Shown here piece after piece: positions 37,155 to 49,700 of a stretch of 64,000 nucleotides of DNA. Numbering within the stretch: the first letter of the stretch is position 1; every line of letters begins with the position of its first letter. A program made the position numbers and the translations under genes. Location of the stretch: contig CAYYQC010000001.1 in the NCBI GenBank assembly GCA_964473715.1, positions 60,674 to 124,673 of the forward strand. The letters run 5' to 3'. The notes beneath the pieces are model-generated. The model worked only from the letters and a program-made list of their open reading frames with translations. It ran no database searches and was not told the origin of the DNA. The stretch is from an uncultured Gammaproteobacteria bacterium (lineage in GTDB: Bacteria; Patescibacteriota; Patescibacteriia; Magasanikbacterales; UBA922).

Positions 37155-38543
37155 TTATTGTCCCATTTTCTTGCGGATAAAGGCTGGAATTTCCAAGTCT
37201 TCGTCAGCTGCGTTTTGAGCATTTTGATTTGGATTATGATTCATTGGTGGCATTGGTGGCGTAGGTGGATTCATGAAACTATTACCTACTGGCTTGGAAG
37301 TAAAATGGGTGGGTTTTGGTGGCATAGTTCGAATTGGCATGGACTCATCCACAGTTTTTTTAATAAACTGAGGCTTGGCCACAAACTCAGCATCTAAGTC
37401 TAAGTCATCATCTATGTCATTTTCATGTTCACGTTCTTGTGCTTGCGTTTGTGTGTGAGGCAAAACTGGAATTTCACTAATTCGTTTTGAAAATAATGGC
37501 ATGCGAAGTGGTGAACGACGGATACTCGTAGGAACTTCATTTGATTCGGGGGTGAAATGTTTTTCCCCACGGTGTTCAAAACCAGTCGCAATTACCGTAA
37601 TACGAATATCCTCACCCATGGTTTCATCAATCACTGCCCCAAAAATAACTCGCGCGTCTTCATGTGCAGAGCTGGTAATAATTTTAGCAGCTTCAGCTAC
37701 TTCTTGCATGGCGAGTGAAGATCCACCCGTAATAGTAAAGAGAATACCACGAGCACCATCAATCGCAATGTCGAGTAACGGACTAGAAATCGCAGACTTG
37801 GCTGCTTCAAGCGCGCGGGTTTCACCAGTACCAAGACCTATACCCATGAGCGCAGAACCAGTATCACTCATAATGGTGCGAACATCGGCAAAGTCTACAT
37901 TGATTAAACCAGGAACAGTAATTAATTCAGAAATTCCTTGCACACCTTGGCGCAAAACATCATCAACAATCTTGAATGCTTCCATGAGTGAAGTTTTCTT
38001 GTCGATAATTTGTAAAATACGATCATTTTGAATAGTGATAATGGTATCAACATTGCGAGACAATTCTTCATGCGCACGCTCAGCAATGGCACGACGTTGC
38101 GGACCTTCAAAAGTAAATGGTTTGGTAACAACCGCAACAGTGAGAATTCCCATGTCACGCGCAATTTCGGCTACTACTGGTGCAGCACCTGAACCAGTTC
38201 CACCACCAAGACCACAAGTAATAAATACCATGTCAGTGTCTTTGAGCATTTCACGAATTTCATTTTGGGTTTCTTCGGCGCTACGCTTACCAACATCAGG
38301 ATTCATACCAGCACCAAGTCCGCGGGTAACTGCTTTACCAATATGTAATTTGTGTGGCGCAGAATTATGGTGCAAAGCTTGAACATCAGTATTCATGACA
38401 ATAAAATCAACACCACGAATTCCGCCTTTGACCATGCGATCAACAGCAGAACCACCAGAGCCACCGACTCCGATTACTTTAATTTTAGCAAATGTTTCTA
38501 TTTCTGGTTTTACTTGGGGCATATGAACAATATTTGTATTCAA
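37155..38543 (-). CDS. ftsZ: cell division GTPase FtsZ
   Basis: IKVIGVGGSGGSAVDRM and GGGTGSGAAPVVAEIA tubulin/FtsZ signature motifs. Confidence 0.95.
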   Translation of the reverse strand: MNTNIVHMPQVKPEIETFAKIKVIGVGGSGGSAVDRMVKGGIRGVDFIVMNTDVQALHHNSAPHKLHIGKAVTRGLGAGMNPDVGKRSAEETQNEIREMLKDTDMVFITCGLGGGTGSGAAPVVAEIARDMGILTVAVVTKPFTFEGPQRRAIAERAHEELSRNVDTIITIQNDRILQIIDKKTSLMEAFKIVDDVLRQGVQGISELITVPGLINVDFADVRTIMSDTGSALMGIGLGTGETRALEAAKSAISSPLLDIAIDGARGILFTITGGSSLAMQEVAEAAKIITSSAHEDARVIFGAVIDETMGEDIRITVIATGFEHRGEKHFTPESNEVPTSIRRSPLRMPLFSKRISEIPVLPHTQTQAQEREHENDIDDDLDLDAEFVAKPQFIKKTVDESMPIRTMPPKPTHFTSKPVGNSFMNPPTPPMPPMNHNPNQNAQNAADEDLEIPAFIRKKMGQ

Positions 38544-38573
38544 TCAATCGATCTTTGAGTAAATTCTGTATAT

Positions 38574-38602
38574 ATTTTAGTTTCTTTTGCCTGACCTGTC
38601 AA
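38574..38602 (-). promoter_or_regulatory. sigma70-like promoter for ftsZ on the minus strand: TTGACA-17-TAAAAT
   Basis: Reverse complement of the ftsA-ftsZ spacer gives consensus hexamers about 30 nt upstream of the ftsZ ATG. Confidence 0.5.
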
Positions 38603-38665
38603 TAATTTTGTAATAAAAAAGAACCCCATTTTATTGAGATTCTATTAAGCCTTATTTTAAGCCAA

Positions 38666-39925
38666 TTATGGCAATAAGTTTTTAAAAAATGATTTCACTC
38701 CGTCTGTTACTTTTCCTGATGCCACCTGCCAAGAAGCACGACCAGCAGGCGCATCTCCAGTGACTGAAGCTCCCCATTTTACAAGGCCGATAGCTGAAGC
38801 AAATGCCACATCTTGAACTTTGTCTGTAATGCTATGAACATTGAGTGGATACCCAAGCGCAGATGGTAATTGTAATTCTGCTTTAGCCAAATCAATTAAT
38901 CCACCAAGTCTTGCTCCCCCACCTACAAAATATGCACCGGCTGGAAGCAAACCACTACGCCCAATTTTAGTAAGTTCAGCATCTACTTTTTCTAAAATTT
39001 CTGAAACGCGAGCTTCAATAATTTGTCCGACGTAATACCGTGACACTGTTTCATGTTCATTGGCACCAAGTGAGGCCAAATCAATCATATCTTTTTTAGA
39101 AAGACCTTGGGCCACGCATTGACCATATTCAATTTTTACGCGTTCAGCAATATCAATGGAAGTCTTGAGCCCAAGTGCCAAGTCATTGGTAATATGTCCG
39201 GCTCCCACTGGTAAAACCGCGGTATGTAAAATATCACCTTCTTCATAGACCACCAAGCTAGTGGTCGCTGAGCCAATATTAATCACTGCCGCCCCTAATT
39301 CTTTTTGACGACTCGTTAAAACTACGTCTCCGGCCGCCAAAACTGATAAAACAAAATCATCGATGCCTACTCCAGCCCGATAAATGGCTTTGGAAATATT
39401 TTTAATATGGGCAGTCACCCCGTATATAATTTTTGTGTCTACTTCAAGACGAATTCCGGTCATTCCTACCGGATCTTTAATACCAGTTTGTCCATCCACA
39501 CTAAAACTACGTGGCAGTACATGCAAAATTTCATAATTGAGTGGCGTGGCTACAGTCTTGGAAGCTTCCAAAGCCCTACCTACATCTTCTTCAGTAATTT
39601 CTCCATCTCCACGGGCTACAGCCACCACACCTTTACTGTCTTGCGCAATAATATGAGTACCAGACAAGCCTACCCACACTTGTTCAATGGGTACGCCAGT
39701 GATTTTTTCCGCAGTTTCTATAGCATGAGCCAATGATGAAACCACTTCTTCAATACTGGTAATCACTCCTTTTTGTACACCTTCAGAAGGCACTTCTACA
39801 GCTCCAATGATTTGCAAAGTGCGGTCAATACCAGAACCACCTACCTGGCCCACTGCCACGCGAATATTTTGCGAGCCAATATCAATACCAGTAATGTATT
39901 CAGTGTTTTGTTTTGTTCTAACCAT
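38666..39925 (-). CDS. ftsA: cell division protein FtsA
   Basis: Actin-fold N-terminus ITGIDIGSQNIRVAVGQ. Gene order ftsA-ftsZ. Confidence 0.9.
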   Translation of the reverse strand: MVRTKQNTEYITGIDIGSQNIRVAVGQVGGSGIDRTLQIIGAVEVPSEGVQKGVITSIEEVVSSLAHAIETAEKITGVPIEQVWVGLSGTHIIAQDSKGVVAVARGDGEITEEDVGRALEASKTVATPLNYEILHVLPRSFSVDGQTGIKDPVGMTGIRLEVDTKIIYGVTAHIKNISKAIYRAGVGIDDFVLSVLAAGDVVLTSRQKELGAAVINIGSATTSLVVYEEGDILHTAVLPVGAGHITNDLALGLKTSIDIAERVKIEYGQCVAQGLSKKDMIDLASLGANEHETVSRYYVGQIIEARVSEILEKVDAELTKIGRSGLLPAGAYFVGGGARLGGLIDLAKAELQLPSALGYPLNVHSITDKVQDVAFASAIGLVKWGASVTGDAPAGRASWQVASGKVTDGVKSFFKNLLP

Positions 39926-39956
39926 AGAATTATCTGCTAATTATACCACAGGTAGA

Positions 39957-40307
39957 TTAGACCTGAAAGAGATGTGGCCAGAAAACCAAAATCCCACTGA
40001 CTAAAGCTACCAAAGAAACAATTAAAACAGCCCCTGCCATAATATCTTTGACCCTGCCAATTTGTTCATCAAAACGAGGCTTAATAATATCAAGAGTTTT
40101 TTCCAAAGCTGTATTTACTAATTCCATGGCCAAAACTAAACCTGTAACCAAAGTAATTACCAACCACTCACCACGACTAAGCCGTACTATCAAACCCAAA
40201 GCCACAGCTAGAAAAGTAGCTAATAACTGCCACCGCACATTTGGTTCGGTTCTTGCTGCCCGCGTAAGACCACGAACCGCGTGTTGTAAACTATTTTTAA
40301 ATGCCAT
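39957..40307 (-). CDS. dgkA: diacylglycerol / undecaprenol kinase, DgkA family
   Basis: Three TM helices. AMELVNTALEK...KDIMAGAVL matches the prokaryotic DAGK signature. Confidence 0.8.
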   Translation of the reverse strand: MAFKNSLQHAVRGLTRAARTEPNVRWQLLATFLAVALGLIVRLSRGEWLVITLVTGLVLAMELVNTALEKTLDIIKPRFDEQIGRVKDIMAGAVLIVSLVALVSGILVFWPHLFQV

Positions 40308-40308
40308 A

Positions 40309-40776
40309 TTATTTTTTTAAAACCGCACCCAGGTATCGCTCTTGTTTACCAAACATTATTTTAGCTTCCCCATCTTCCATGTGATCATATCCTAATATAT
40401 GAAGAACACCGTGAACTAACATACGAGTAAATTCTTCAGAGGCACTGACTTCCCAAACCTTGGCCTGTCTGCGAATTTGAGCCGCGGAAATAAATATATC
40501 ACCAAGGTCTTGTTCTTGTTTTCCAAACCACGAATCTTTTTTTTGCTTTCGTTCTCCCGCTCCAGCAAACTGAGCCGGAAAAGAAAGTACATCAGTGGTT
40601 TTCATTTTACCCCTATGAACACGATTTAAATCAAACATTTTTTTATCACCTATTACATGTACGCTAATTGTTCCATTTTTGTGTTCAGACTTAAGCGTAT
40701 ATTCTACGGCGCGAATAATATGTTGACGAGAAACGGGTAATGGCTTACGAATAGTGGAAAAAATCAAACATTCCAT
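40309..40776 (-). CDS. ybeY: rRNA maturation endoribonuclease YbeY
   Basis: HGVLHILGYDH metal-binding motif. Confidence 0.9.
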   Translation of the reverse strand: MECLIFSTIRKPLPVSRQHIIRAVEYTLKSEHKNGTISVHVIGDKKMFDLNRVHRGKMKTTDVLSFPAQFAGAGERKQKKDSWFGKQEQDLGDIFISAAQIRRQAKVWEVSASEEFTRMLVHGVLHILGYDHMEDGEAKIMFGKQERYLGAVLKK

Positions 40777-40777
40777 A

Positions 40778-41854
40778 TTACAAAGCAGAACTCGTATTTA
40801 CTTGTCCAGGAATTCGCAAACTTTCTATCATCATTTTGAGTGTGGTACGATAATTAATTGGTGCATTTACTAATGGGTGGTATAAAATAACTACCACTTG
40901 TCCGGGCATATCCACGTACAAGACCAAATTATCTTTACGCATGTAATAAGAAGTTTTAAACGCATTAGAAACAGTTTGTAAATCAGTAATTTGTTCATCT
41001 TTAGCCACGCGACCAAACCATCCAGAAAAATCTTCAGTATTATTTTTAGTAAAAATCCTCACTTCTACATAATCGCCATTACCAGCCGTAAAAAGCATGG
41101 TATTAGAACCAGCGTCCACACTACCTGCTTGCCAAGAAATTGGATAATACAAACGGTACACATCACGTGGATGTGTAAATTCTCGGACTAATCCAGACTC
41201 TGCTAAACGCACTGGGCTAATACCTTTTGGGTTATATAAATTGAGCACCTCTTGACCATCACTATATCCATCACTATCACTATCAAAAAGCGAAGAATCA
41301 GTATCAAAAATTTCTTCCTCCAAATCAGTTAAAGTATCAGAATCTGCATCAATGGCGTTTAATTGATTAATTGCCGGAAAATCTGGGGATAACTCAGACA
41401 AAACAAAGGCTGTGCTTGTTGTCGTAAAATTAGAAGTAGAAGTGGTAGTTAACACTTCAGTAGAAGTGACTGTGGATGTCACAGTTTCCACTGGTGTGAT
41501 TTGAACAGGGGCAGGATCATTAGATTGCGGCATTTCTTTTGAAGTGGTTTCTGTGGCCGCAGGACCAACTCCCCCACCTAAATATTTCCAATACCCCCAA
41601 GCTGCGCCAGCTGAGACTATCAAAAAAATAATAATCATGACAAAGGCAATAAGTTTGGTATGACCAGAAGATGAAGAAGATGAACCAGCGCCACCGATAG
41701 AAGTAACACTGTTTGGTTTTACACTTTTACTAGCCGCGGCTCCACGAAGTCCAGCTTCTGGATCACTGCCACCATAAAAAATTTCTGGAATAGTCTGAAC
41801 TGACCCAAGCGCGGGTTTTGGTGCAGCGGTTTTTGCAGCGCGCTTGAAAAACAT
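40778..41854 (-). CDS. single-TM surface protein with a Ser/Thr-rich stalk and thrombospondin-type-3-like Ca-binding repeats (paralog 1 of 3)
   Basis: TM IIIFLIVSAGAAWGYWKY. DTDSSLFDSDSDGYSDGQEVLNLYNPKG motif. Confidence 0.6.
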   Translation of the reverse strand: MFFKRAAKTAAPKPALGSVQTIPEIFYGGSDPEAGLRGAAASKSVKPNSVTSIGGAGSSSSSSGHTKLIAFVMIIIFLIVSAGAAWGYWKYLGGGVGPAATETTSKEMPQSNDPAPVQITPVETVTSTVTSTEVLTTTSTSNFTTTSTAFVLSELSPDFPAINQLNAIDADSDTLTDLEEEIFDTDSSLFDSDSDGYSDGQEVLNLYNPKGISPVRLAESGLVREFTHPRDVYRLYYPISWQAGSVDAGSNTMLFTAGNGDYVEVRIFTKNNTEDFSGWFGRVAKDEQITDLQTVSNAFKTSYYMRKDNLVLYVDMPGQVVVILYHPLVNAPINYRTTLKMMIESLRIPGQVNTSSAL

Positions 41855-41857
41855 AGA

Positions 41858-42751
41858 CTAAGGTTTAGTTTCAGCACTTGGAGTGGTGGTTGGAGTATTG
41901 GAAGCAGTGCTAGTAGTGGTAACAGCAAATAACCTACCATCACCATTTGGATTATAACCATTTTTAATTTCCGCGGCATCCTCATAGGTATCACCGTCAG
42001 TATCTGCCTTGAGCGGGTTAGTTTTCCAGGTAAGGACTTCATCTCCATCGCTTAAAGTATCGCCATCAGAATCCCAAGCAAGCATATTAGTACCTTTTTC
42101 TTTTTCTACACTATCATCCAAACCATCACTGTCAGTATCCAAAACTGGTTCACCAAACAAAATTAAACTATCAGTAGAAGTATTATTATCTAATTCAATA
42201 GTAGTCGTAACTACGCTATCAGTGTTTTGATTATTTGATGGTGTAGTGGTTGGAATCAGAGCGGTGTTATTTGGCAGCACTTGAGTGTCTGGTGGATTAA
42301 TATAAGTAAAATAAGCCCATGCAGAGCCACCACCAATAATAATGATTGAAAGCAAAACAATTACAGTAATTAAAGCTTTATGACCACCGAGTGGGGCAGC
42401 CAAAACACCATCAGAATTAGCATTTACAGGCATTGGCATAGGTTCCACAGACTCACGACGTGGAGGTGTAGCCATGGACACAGGCAAGGGTGCTGGTTCG
42501 GCCAAAGGAGGCATTTCTGGCTCCATCATGGGCTGTGGCATTGGCACAGATTCGATTTTTGGACGCAATACTCCTGCATCAAGCGCAGTAGGCGGCATGT
42601 TGATTGGGTCAGGCTGAGGCAAAGCAGGCTCTACATCAGCACCAGAAAACATGTCTTCTGGTTCACCCATGGGTAAATTATTTGGCACTGCACCGGCTGG
42701 AGGATTGTTCTGATTATCAAACATACGATTAATTACCTTTATAACGTTCAA
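41858..42751 (-). CDS. single-TM surface protein with a Pro-rich N-terminus and TSP3-like Ca-binding repeats (paralog 2 of 3)
   Basis: TM LLSIIIIGGGSAWAYFTY. DTDSDGLDDSVEKEKGTN...DSDGDTLSDGDEVLTWKTNP...DTDGDTYEDAAEIKNGYNPNGDG motif. Confidence 0.6.
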   Translation of the reverse strand: MNVIKVINRMFDNQNNPPAGAVPNNLPMGEPEDMFSGADVEPALPQPDPINMPPTALDAGVLRPKIESVPMPQPMMEPEMPPLAEPAPLPVSMATPPRRESVEPMPMPVNANSDGVLAAPLGGHKALITVIVLLSIIIIGGGSAWAYFTYINPPDTQVLPNNTALIPTTTPSNNQNTDSVVTTTIELDNNTSTDSLILFGEPVLDTDSDGLDDSVEKEKGTNMLAWDSDGDTLSDGDEVLTWKTNPLKADTDGDTYEDAAEIKNGYNPNGDGRLFAVTTTSTASNTPTTTPSAETKP

Positions 42752-43718
42752 GTTTTTTGCCCTGACTAGCGTCTTGCAAAAACTTAAGGGTAGTTGGTGA
42801 TAAATTTGGCAAAGTCATTTTGGCTTTTACAAAAACAAAGCCATTGTTTTTGATAGCAGTAGTGGAGAAATTTCCATCTCCAACTGGATTAAATCCTTTT
42901 AAAATTTCTAAACCATCTCTAAAACCATCACCATCAGTATCAGCATTGGTGGGGTCTGTACCAAAACGCTCAAGCTCAATACTATCAGAGAGACCATCGC
43001 GGTCAGTATCAAAATCACTGGTACTAAGGCCAAGGGTATTTTCATCATTATCTTCAACACCATCTGAATCTCGATCATTTTCTAAAATTGGAGCAACGCC
43101 TTCAGGAAGATTTTGATCACCAGAGGCTTTGATAAAATTAGTTTGCAAAAATTGTTTTGTTTTAGTGTTTTCATTAGATAAATTTCTAAGAACTTCATCT
43201 AGAGCATTTTGCCAAGCTGCATCATCGGACATATTATTCAATTCTTCAATCACATTTTCTGCTTGCACAAAGTACGCACTTGCTTGAATAACCAAGTTAT
43301 TAATAGCTTCGGGATCAGCATCTGACCATTTAGATTCACTTTTATTTACTTCAGCTACAAACTCTTCAGATTTTTGAGCTAATTTTTTAGCCTGATCAAT
43401 AGCCTTTTCATCAGCCGAAGTAGTGGTGAGTAATTGTACAAATTTCAGATTATCTTCTGCAAACTTTAACCGAAGTGTAGCGTCCCTAGTAGCGTTAAAT
43501 GAAAATAATAATTGAAAACGCTGACTTATACCACGGAAAAAAAATCCTACGTTACTTGGAATCTCAGCATTCACTGTGGCAGAGGTGTTAGTTTGCGCAG
43601 TCACAGCAGTTCGACTTGGTGCGGTTTGCGTAGTCACTACCTGAGCCTGGACACTGAGCGCCGGTTGAGAAATAACACCCAAAACCAAAGTGACAACGAT
43701 AATAAGATTTTTTTTCAT
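42729..43718 (-). CDS. secreted protein with TSP3-like Ca-binding repeats (paralog 3 of 3)
   Basis: Signal peptide MKKNLIIVVTLVLGVISQPALSVQA. DRDSDGVEDND...DTDRDGLSDSIELERFGTDPTNADTDGDGFRDGLEILKGFNPVGDG motif. Confidence 0.6.
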   Translation of the reverse strand: MKKNLIIVVTLVLGVISQPALSVQAQVVTTQTAPSRTAVTAQTNTSATVNAEIPSNVGFFFRGISQRFQLLFSFNATRDATLRLKFAEDNLKFVQLLTTTSADEKAIDQAKKLAQKSEEFVAEVNKSESKWSDADPEAINNLVIQASAYFVQAENVIEELNNMSDDAAWQNALDEVLRNLSNENTKTKQFLQTNFIKASGDQNLPEGVAPILENDRDSDGVEDNDENTLGLSTSDFDTDRDGLSDSIELERFGTDPTNADTDGDGFRDGLEILKGFNPVGDGNFSTTAIKNNGFVFVKAKMTLPNLSPTTLKFLQDASQGKKLERYKGN

Positions 43719-43755
43719 AAATATACTAAGAAAAACTTATGTCAATTATACCACA

Positions 43756-46700
43756 TTAGTTAGGGCAAGTCACAGGCACTTTACCTGGCATATAGCTAAA
43801 TAAGCCGGTTGAACATTTATGGAATAAACCATTCTGGTACAATTGACCATTACTAGTACCATTAGCCTCTTTTCCTTCAACTGGTTTAATTGTATATTTT
43901 CCACTTTCTTTTACCATATTAAAGACTTGCCAGTAACTATAAGCAGAGGCTGCTGACCCTGTAGGCAAATTAGCGTCCTTAATTTTAAAGGTATAATCTG
44001 GCTCATACACAGAGTACAGAGAAATATCACTGGCATTTAAACCATTCTTAGGCAGCGGTTTATTAGTATAAACCAATACTTCCAAAGAGCTATTTTTACT
44101 ACTACCAATCGATGTTCCATTCAAACTATTTACAAAGAAAGTAAATGGTTTTCCACTCTGCAAATAATCATTGGTAACCAAGGTAAAGGTTTGGATAAAT
44201 GTTTTTCCAGACACTGAAACTTGGTTTGGACTTGCGATAATACCGTAATTCGATTCACAAGTTTCTCCTTGAGTGGCAGACTGCGAAGGTGTCCAAAATG
44301 TTCCTGCGCGCATCATACTACTACAGAGCGCAGTTTGATTATAATTGTTCCACCAACCTTTCATAGCATAAATTCGATGATCTTGAATGCCTTTGGACCA
44401 AATATTTTCATCAAATTTATTAAAGTCTTCATTATACAAGGCACCATTAAATTCCGCGGTTTTATCTTGGTCAGTCCATTTTAAGACAATCCGGAAAGTA
44501 TCTGGTGGCACAGATGGAGAAGTAATTAATTCTTGTACAACCGGCGCATTTGCCGACTGAGCGTTCACGGTGAATGGGAACAAAGTACCATTTATTTTTG
44601 CTGTTGGAGCAATAGTCATGTAACTATTATTGTTATTTTCCAAAACTTTACTTGGGTTAAACAACATTGAGTAACGATTAACACACATTTTATCTTGTTC
44701 TACTTGCAAGGCCTTGGTTGCATCAACCAAGCTCTTGAAACCAATTTGCGGCACATTAATTGTAGGATTTGCTAAATTATTTCCACCAATCAAAGCATAA
44801 CTATCTGCACCCTGTTTGCGGTAAAAATAAAAATCATTTGTACCCGGCCACTCACTTCCCTTTGGACGCTCATTCCAAATTTTTTGAATTGGATTAAGGA
44901 TATTAATAATTGGTATTACACCTTGAGCACTTGGTCCACAAGCCACACATTGTTGAACCAATAATGTGCAGTTACTCTTACATGAATAACTACCTTGGTC
45001 AGAACATATAGCTGGAACAGTATTATTGTTTTGCTTCATTACTATCTGTCCTGTAGTACTAAAATCACATTGTTCATTTTTATTTGCGTCAATAACACCA
45101 TTACCACAAAATGCATTCTGATCAACAGTTAGAACCTTACAGCCATTACCACAATATGAACAAGAATCTTGGTTTGGCCCTGGTACACAGGCTTTATCAT
45201 TATTTTCACCCGCGTCACATTCTTCACCAAGAATTTTTTCAGTAGTACCATTTCCACAAGATGGATTTGTCCCCGATGAAGAACCTGAATCATTAGGCGC
45301 ATTATTTACGCTACAACTAGCATTTAATGGATTATCTGGACCTGGAGTAGGTACATTAATTCTCAAACATTTAAATTCAGTACCCTTAAGCGGAGCATAG
45401 GAATCATTAATTATCATTGGTGAACTTGGTGCGCCTTCAGCATATACTCTATGATTTGTAGAGCCAACCAGGGTTTGATATGTACTTGCCTTACGACAGT
45501 CAGAGTCAGTGGTGCAGCCAAAAATTTCGGTTTCATTACCCTGAGGTGACGCGTAAATAAATTTTGTGTTATAGGCACAAGCAAAGGCATCATCAGCTAC
45601 TTTCTCAATTTTTTTAAGATCAGTTCTAATTTTAACAGCATATGGTTCAGAATTTTCAGTTACAGGAATACTTGTACATTCAAGTGCATTTTCACAACGT
45701 AAATCATACGTATCAAAACTACAATATTTTTCTAATTTACACACTGAGCTACAGGAATCACCATTTGTTGTATTCCCATCATCACAAGTTTCTCCATTAG
45801 CTGATTGTATAAATCCATCACCACAATATCCTCCATAATTACGGCAATCCCAAGCACATGATTTATTACGATCAACATTATATTTAGCGGTAAAGCCATC
45901 AATACCCGCTTCACAAAATTCCAAGGTTTTTTTGGCAGAGTCAATGAAATCTTTTTGATTATTTCCACAACGCGCTGCAGCTAAGCCAGTACAAATAGCA
46001 TTACAATGACCATACGAGTCATTTAAAGCACCATCATCACACACTTCAGCACCCTCTACTTTTCCATTACCACAACTACCGGTTGAAGCACAGCTGCCGT
46101 ATTGCCAGGTACACTGACTGTTACAAGTACGTTTTACTAATTGTCCTTCAGAGCAAGTTTGTGGAGTAACAGTTGGTACGGAGCATGAACTTAACCCAGC
46201 ATAAAAGTTATTTGACTCAAGCACTTGGTTCGGAGTCTGACAGGTAAATAAATTATTAATATTTTGGTTCAAATCATTGGTTAGTTCAGCATAAGAGCGC
46301 ACAAATCCGCCTGGCCCATAACTTACTTGTCCATCATAATGACGATATGATTCATTTATACTTCGACAATTATTATCAGTACTACAAGGGAATGTTTCGT
46401 ATTCACCTTGTGCGTTTAAAATTGGATCATATTTAAGCACTGGGTTAAATTTATTAAATACGCAGAAATTTGCGCTGCTTGGTAAATGATAAACATTTGC
46501 AGTGTTAAAGCTGGTTGTATCACAAGTTAACTTATTACCGCTATCAGCAAAAAACTGTTTGAGAGGAGCAGCGGTAAGCGCTTGATAATTAGGCTTAACC
46601 GGTAAATATAAATTTTTTCCATTTGTTGGGTGGAATGAAAGCAAGGCGTGTGTAAAATTATAATTACCCGGAGCAGAATTAACCCCCTGTACAAAAGCAT

Positions 46701-49700
46701 CACAATCAGCATTTGTGGAACACGATAAAAGTTTATATTTTGCTGCGACTGGATCGCTATCTTTTACCACTGCCAAAGCAGATCCAGCCACACCCACACA
46801 GGCACCCTTGGCATTTGTATCCAAAGTAAACTTGCCATTAATATACCGGCCAACGCTTCGGCCAATTCTTCCACAATCATCATCACTATTACAGGCTTTA
46901 GCCACTGCCCACTTGGAGCAATGGTCATAGGTTGTTTGTACATCAGTATCAGCAAGTTCCACAGTTCCTGGAGGGTCACACTGTTCTGCCTGATTTAAAA
47001 TACCATCACCACATTTTTCCTGAAATGGATTATATGAACCAGTTGAACATCCTGACCAAGGCGCAGTAGTAAAGCGTTCCACATCCACATAATCCTTAGT
47101 AATTTGGTCAGTAGTTTTGAAGAATTCTAAAGGAGCATGCAATTTATAAGTATTGCCATTTTTAATGTATTCATATTCATACACACTCTTAAATTTAGGA
47201 CAGAAATACGTGGTACTTGAAGCACTCCAACAGGTTTGTGGGTCATCTGCATTACAAGTTGTCCAACGATTAAGTGGGTCACTAAATGAACCTTTGGTCA
47301 TTTCTTGCAAACGCCCCCAAGACTCACCCCATTTTGAAACAGTATAACCTGGCACAAATGAACCGCCCGCAAAAGTACCTTTAAAATCAGGGTTACTACC
47401 TTGGGTAGCAAAGAAAGTATCAATATTATCTTGAGCCACGCGTAAATCATTTAACCGTTTCCAATCGCGAAGGAATTTAGTACGCGCATTTGAACAAGTA
47501 CCGATGGTACCATTCTTAGGTGTACCAGCCGCGTCACGACAATCAAAATCAGTTGTGCATTGTTCAGCATTAATAGCGTTTGGATTTGTACGGATATTAC
47601 CACCCGCAATCAAACAGTGATTGTGATTAGAAAGATTAGTATTAAAATTCAAGCGTTGTAATAATTTGTTAAATACTTCACGGGTTTTACTATCTGCATT
47701 TGGATTAATACTAAACAAGTACACATAACTATTTACCGCGTTACTAGCAGAGGTTGATTCATAATTCAAAGCCTGAATATAATAATTATTTCCATCAGTT
47801 AGAGCTCCGTATTCTCCAATGACTTCGGAACGGAAACTTGCCACTGAACCAAATTTTTGGGTTTGACTAAACCATTCAGTGAGCGGCACATTGACTGGTC
47901 CAAAAATTTGAATACCGATAACATCACTATTTTTATCATTAAAGAATACTAATTTTTTGAGTGAATCAGAACTAAGTGGTCCACTTTCCAAACTCTGTTG
48001 ACGTAAATATGGTAGATCATCAGCATCATTAGTGGCACTACCAGCATCAGCACAATAACCAGTTTCATAATTATAAACCGCATCACGGAATGGATAACCT
48101 GGATTAGCGGGCCATGGGCGTTTACAGAATAAAGCTTCAAGTTCAAAAGTATCATTGAAAACTTGTCCCAATTGATTATTTTCTGCACTCGTATCCGCTG
48201 TAACTTTGGCCATGGCTACGCCAGTAATTTTACCTGGTACATTTTTGGCACGAACATTTAAAACATCGGTTTTAGCAGTATCAGTTTGAGAGAAATCAAA
48301 CACACTGTTTGGATTTGGCGCCCAAGTCCAGGTCCAAGCATAGCCAGGAGTAGAAACAATCTTTTGACCATTAGTGCTGGTGGCAAAAGCCGTGAATGTT
48401 TGTGTACTATTTGGCTCGTTAAACACATGAGCTGGAGGAGTTACTCCAACCTCTTTAATTTTACAGATATTATTACTGGTTTTAAAGAACCAGGCATCAT
48501 TACGAGCTGAACTGCCCATAGCTTTCATAGGTACACCACCCATGTCTACAATTCCACCCACATCACCACGCAAAATCACCCCGTAAATAGTATTTGCATC
48601 CAAGGTCTTACCAATCTCTAAAGATACACGACTAATTGTATCTAAACCTGATGAAACTTCACTTTGCACAGAAACTGACACAGGAACTTCTCCATTACAC
48701 CAAGTTTTGATAGATTTAAATTCCTGAGTACCAGAAACAGTGGTGGCACCAGCTTCTGTGGCCCAAATATTTTTTGTCCAATCAGTCAAACGACCCCAAA
48801 GCTTGGCCCAAAAACCTTTTACTTCTATTGGACTAGCCGCAATAATTTTATTAACAGTATCGGTAAAGTTTTGACCTTGCACAGCACTACAATCAAAGTT
48901 CGCGGCAGTATGGCCAGTTACTAAGAATACATTTTGGTTGATTGATTCCGCGCGCATTTCTCGATCAAAAGATACTTCCACTTTAGTATTTCGACAAACA
49001 TTTTCTGACCCTGCAAAACCAGCGCCATCTACTGGATATTCGGCCAACGGTCGAGGACGTGGCACACAACAAGAATTACCACCTACACCCAAATTATTAT
49101 CTGGATTACTTGGACAATTGTTATATGATTTATCAGTAGTCGCAAAATCGTATTCTTTGTATCCACATTGCAATTTATAATCTGCAACACCAGTAATATT
49201 TTTACTACCGTCTTTAGTAGAGGCAGTAACTTTAGTTTGTTGATATGTGGTACCAGCCACTGGATTGGCCTTACCTACAGCCTGAACAATTTGCGTTGGA
49301 CCGACTAAATCATTAGGATTATTTTTATTAGTCTGATTAAGTTCACAACTTGGATTTTCTCCAGTTCCCACTTGACGATCACCACACACAGAAGGAGATG
49401 AATATGTAGATTTAGAACCAAGCAACGTACATTTATCACTACATCCAGGCGCGTTTTTAACACACGGTGGATTTGTAAGCGCACAAGCATCGATAAACTG
49501 ACATGATTTATTACACATGGCCGAAGTGACGGTATCATTACCAACTTTTACACCTACTTCACAATCTTCATTTGGCTCTACCTTACCATTACCACAAATA
49601 CTAACAGCCGCTTTACATGAAGGGTCGGTGCTAAAACCAATATTTGCCAAACACCATGAAGCAGCCGTTTGTGTACCTTGGTGTAAACACTGCGCAGAAC

